Shown: positions 62,724 through 64,000 of the stretch, piece after piece
How the letters are laid out: every line of letters begins with the position of its first letter
How positions within the stretch are numbered: the stretch's first letter is position 1
Origin: Podarcis liolepis
Lineage: Eukaryota
Length of the DNA stretch: 64,000 nt
Assembly (NCBI GenBank): GCA_965112155.1
Contig: OZ218110.1
Reading direction: 5' to 3' (one strand)
Made by a program: the position numbers and the translations under genes
The notes under the pieces: generated by a model
The model's database searches: none
Seen by the model: the letters and a program-made list of their open reading frames with translations, nothing else
What the model was told of the DNA's origin: nothing

Positions 62724-64000
62724 GTTGATGAATGGATGTCCTAGAGATATAGGAAAGAGGGGACTCTGGGCTGGGAAGCAAGTGAAGAGTTTATATTCAG
62801 GGCTTTTAATCCAAAACTATTCTCAACTTCCTGGTGGAATTTACATGAGACCTCCCCATTGAGGCAGATAAAAGCAGTTTGGGGGAATCAGGGTTTCAGC
62901 TGACTTCCTCTTTGTCCCCTGCACACACAACCACATAGAGACAAAAGCATACAGAGTGGAGTTTTAATGGAGGTGGCATAAACGGAATGCAAAATTCAAT
63001 CAAAGGTGGTGTTGGAGGAAGGTTTGGAAGAGATTAATATACTGGGGATGGATTTTTCTCTCTTTTATACTTTAAAACTGATGATGATGATTTCAGCCTC
63101 TCTTCCCCATGCTCCTATAGAGATGCTGTTGGTGTGTTGCAATTATAATTTCAGATGCAGCTGGTGAAAAAATTAGGCTGGGAGGGAGCTCTGCTGTGGC
63201 AACAGAAGAGGAATTTTTATGTAAATAAAAGAAAATGTAAGATATAGGTACTGCCCTTATATTCACAGCCCAGTGCACCCTTCCCCCACCCCTGGAATGC
63301 CCACCACCCTCCCAAATGCAACACTGTTATTTATTATCATGAAATCCCATCAAGAGTCTTTTGGGGGGGGGAATGCTTGCACTGCAAGGAGGGAGATATT
63401 TCAATGTTTCCTTTGGATAAATATTTAGAATAATCCTCTGCATTTGAAAGGAGGGCGTTCGCCTTCATAGGCAAAGGAAAGAGACAAAGTTGAGCCAATT
63501 CCACCTCCCCCCCTTTTGCTTGGGGAAGGGTTGACTGACAACAAGTCATAAGCACACTAGGGTTGTGGCTAAGGATGTCGCAGGAGTGCAGAGGTTGTCT
63601 GGGTGAATTAAGATGGAGTCGTCCTCACCAGCATTTGCCTTTGTACAGGGGTGGGGAAACTCATCCAAAGTTTTGGGAGTCCAACGCCTTTCATCCTAGG
63701 GGTAGCCATTGTGATGCCATCCAGTAGTTATTGGTCTCCAAGTCACATCAGTCTTGCCATCAAAGCAAATTATCAGGGGCAGTGGGAGCAGGAGCCCAGG
63801 AACATTTGCAGGGCCACAAGTTCCACTCCCCTGCCATTGGATAAAAGAGAAAGACTGCCAATTTTTGACCATCTATGACTGGAGGCAGGAGTGGAAAAGG
63901 TCTGGAAGTAGTTTGAGGATAGGCTCACTGTGTATGCCAGGCACACTGCTCCTACTTTTCCTTCTTGGAAACAGATTTCTCAGGTTCTCCACAAATTTCC

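Noticed and set aside
63927-63933. Lone CACTGTG near the window end
   Set aside because: No nonamer at 12 or 23 bp and no V-like coding sequence beside it.
1-64000. CRISPR array, prokaryotic operon or defence system; D, J or C segments
   Set aside because: Sequence is vertebrate (introns, LINEs, SINEs). No repeat-spacer array, no paired 12-RSS D segments, no WGxG J segment with an RSS and no constant exons were seen.

Overview
Vertebrate genomic DNA: part of the immunoglobulin heavy-chain variable (IGHV) cluster of a squamate reptile. The repeat content suggests a lacertid-type lizard, which is inference only. I find 22 VH segments, all on the minus strand, so D-J-C presumably lies to the left. 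The intact ones have a 46-nt leader exon, a ~86-89-nt intron, a V exon, a 23-bp-spacer RSS and an upstream octamer. Eighteen have open V exons, two are full-length pseudogenes and two are 3' relics. Sixteen belong to a VH3/clan III-like family (EVQLVESGG...) and six to a VH4/clan II-like family ([10 protein letters not shown]...). The cluster is built from a ~21-24 kb tandem duplication (~4.4-27.5 kb vs ~27.7-48.6 kb) plus a rearranged partial third copy, so most insertions can be compared with an empty paralogous site. Mobile elements include a near full-length CR1 LINE with both ORFs open, truncated CR1s (one inside a VH exon), L1 fragments, solo LTRs, DIRS/Ngaro-like repeats, hAT and Tc1/mariner MITEs, a tRNA-derived SINE and a Penelope-type inverted repeat. 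Most notable: CDR-sized tracts shared between VH sublineages (germline gene-conversion-like mosaics); a VH with a 9-nt insertion exactly at the coding-end/RSS border; paired minimal hammerhead ribozyme motifs in the Penelope hairpin; and a VH promoter whose octamer has expanded into a microsatellite. I see no unrelated novel protein system. Most short ORFs in the track are antisense shadows or noise.
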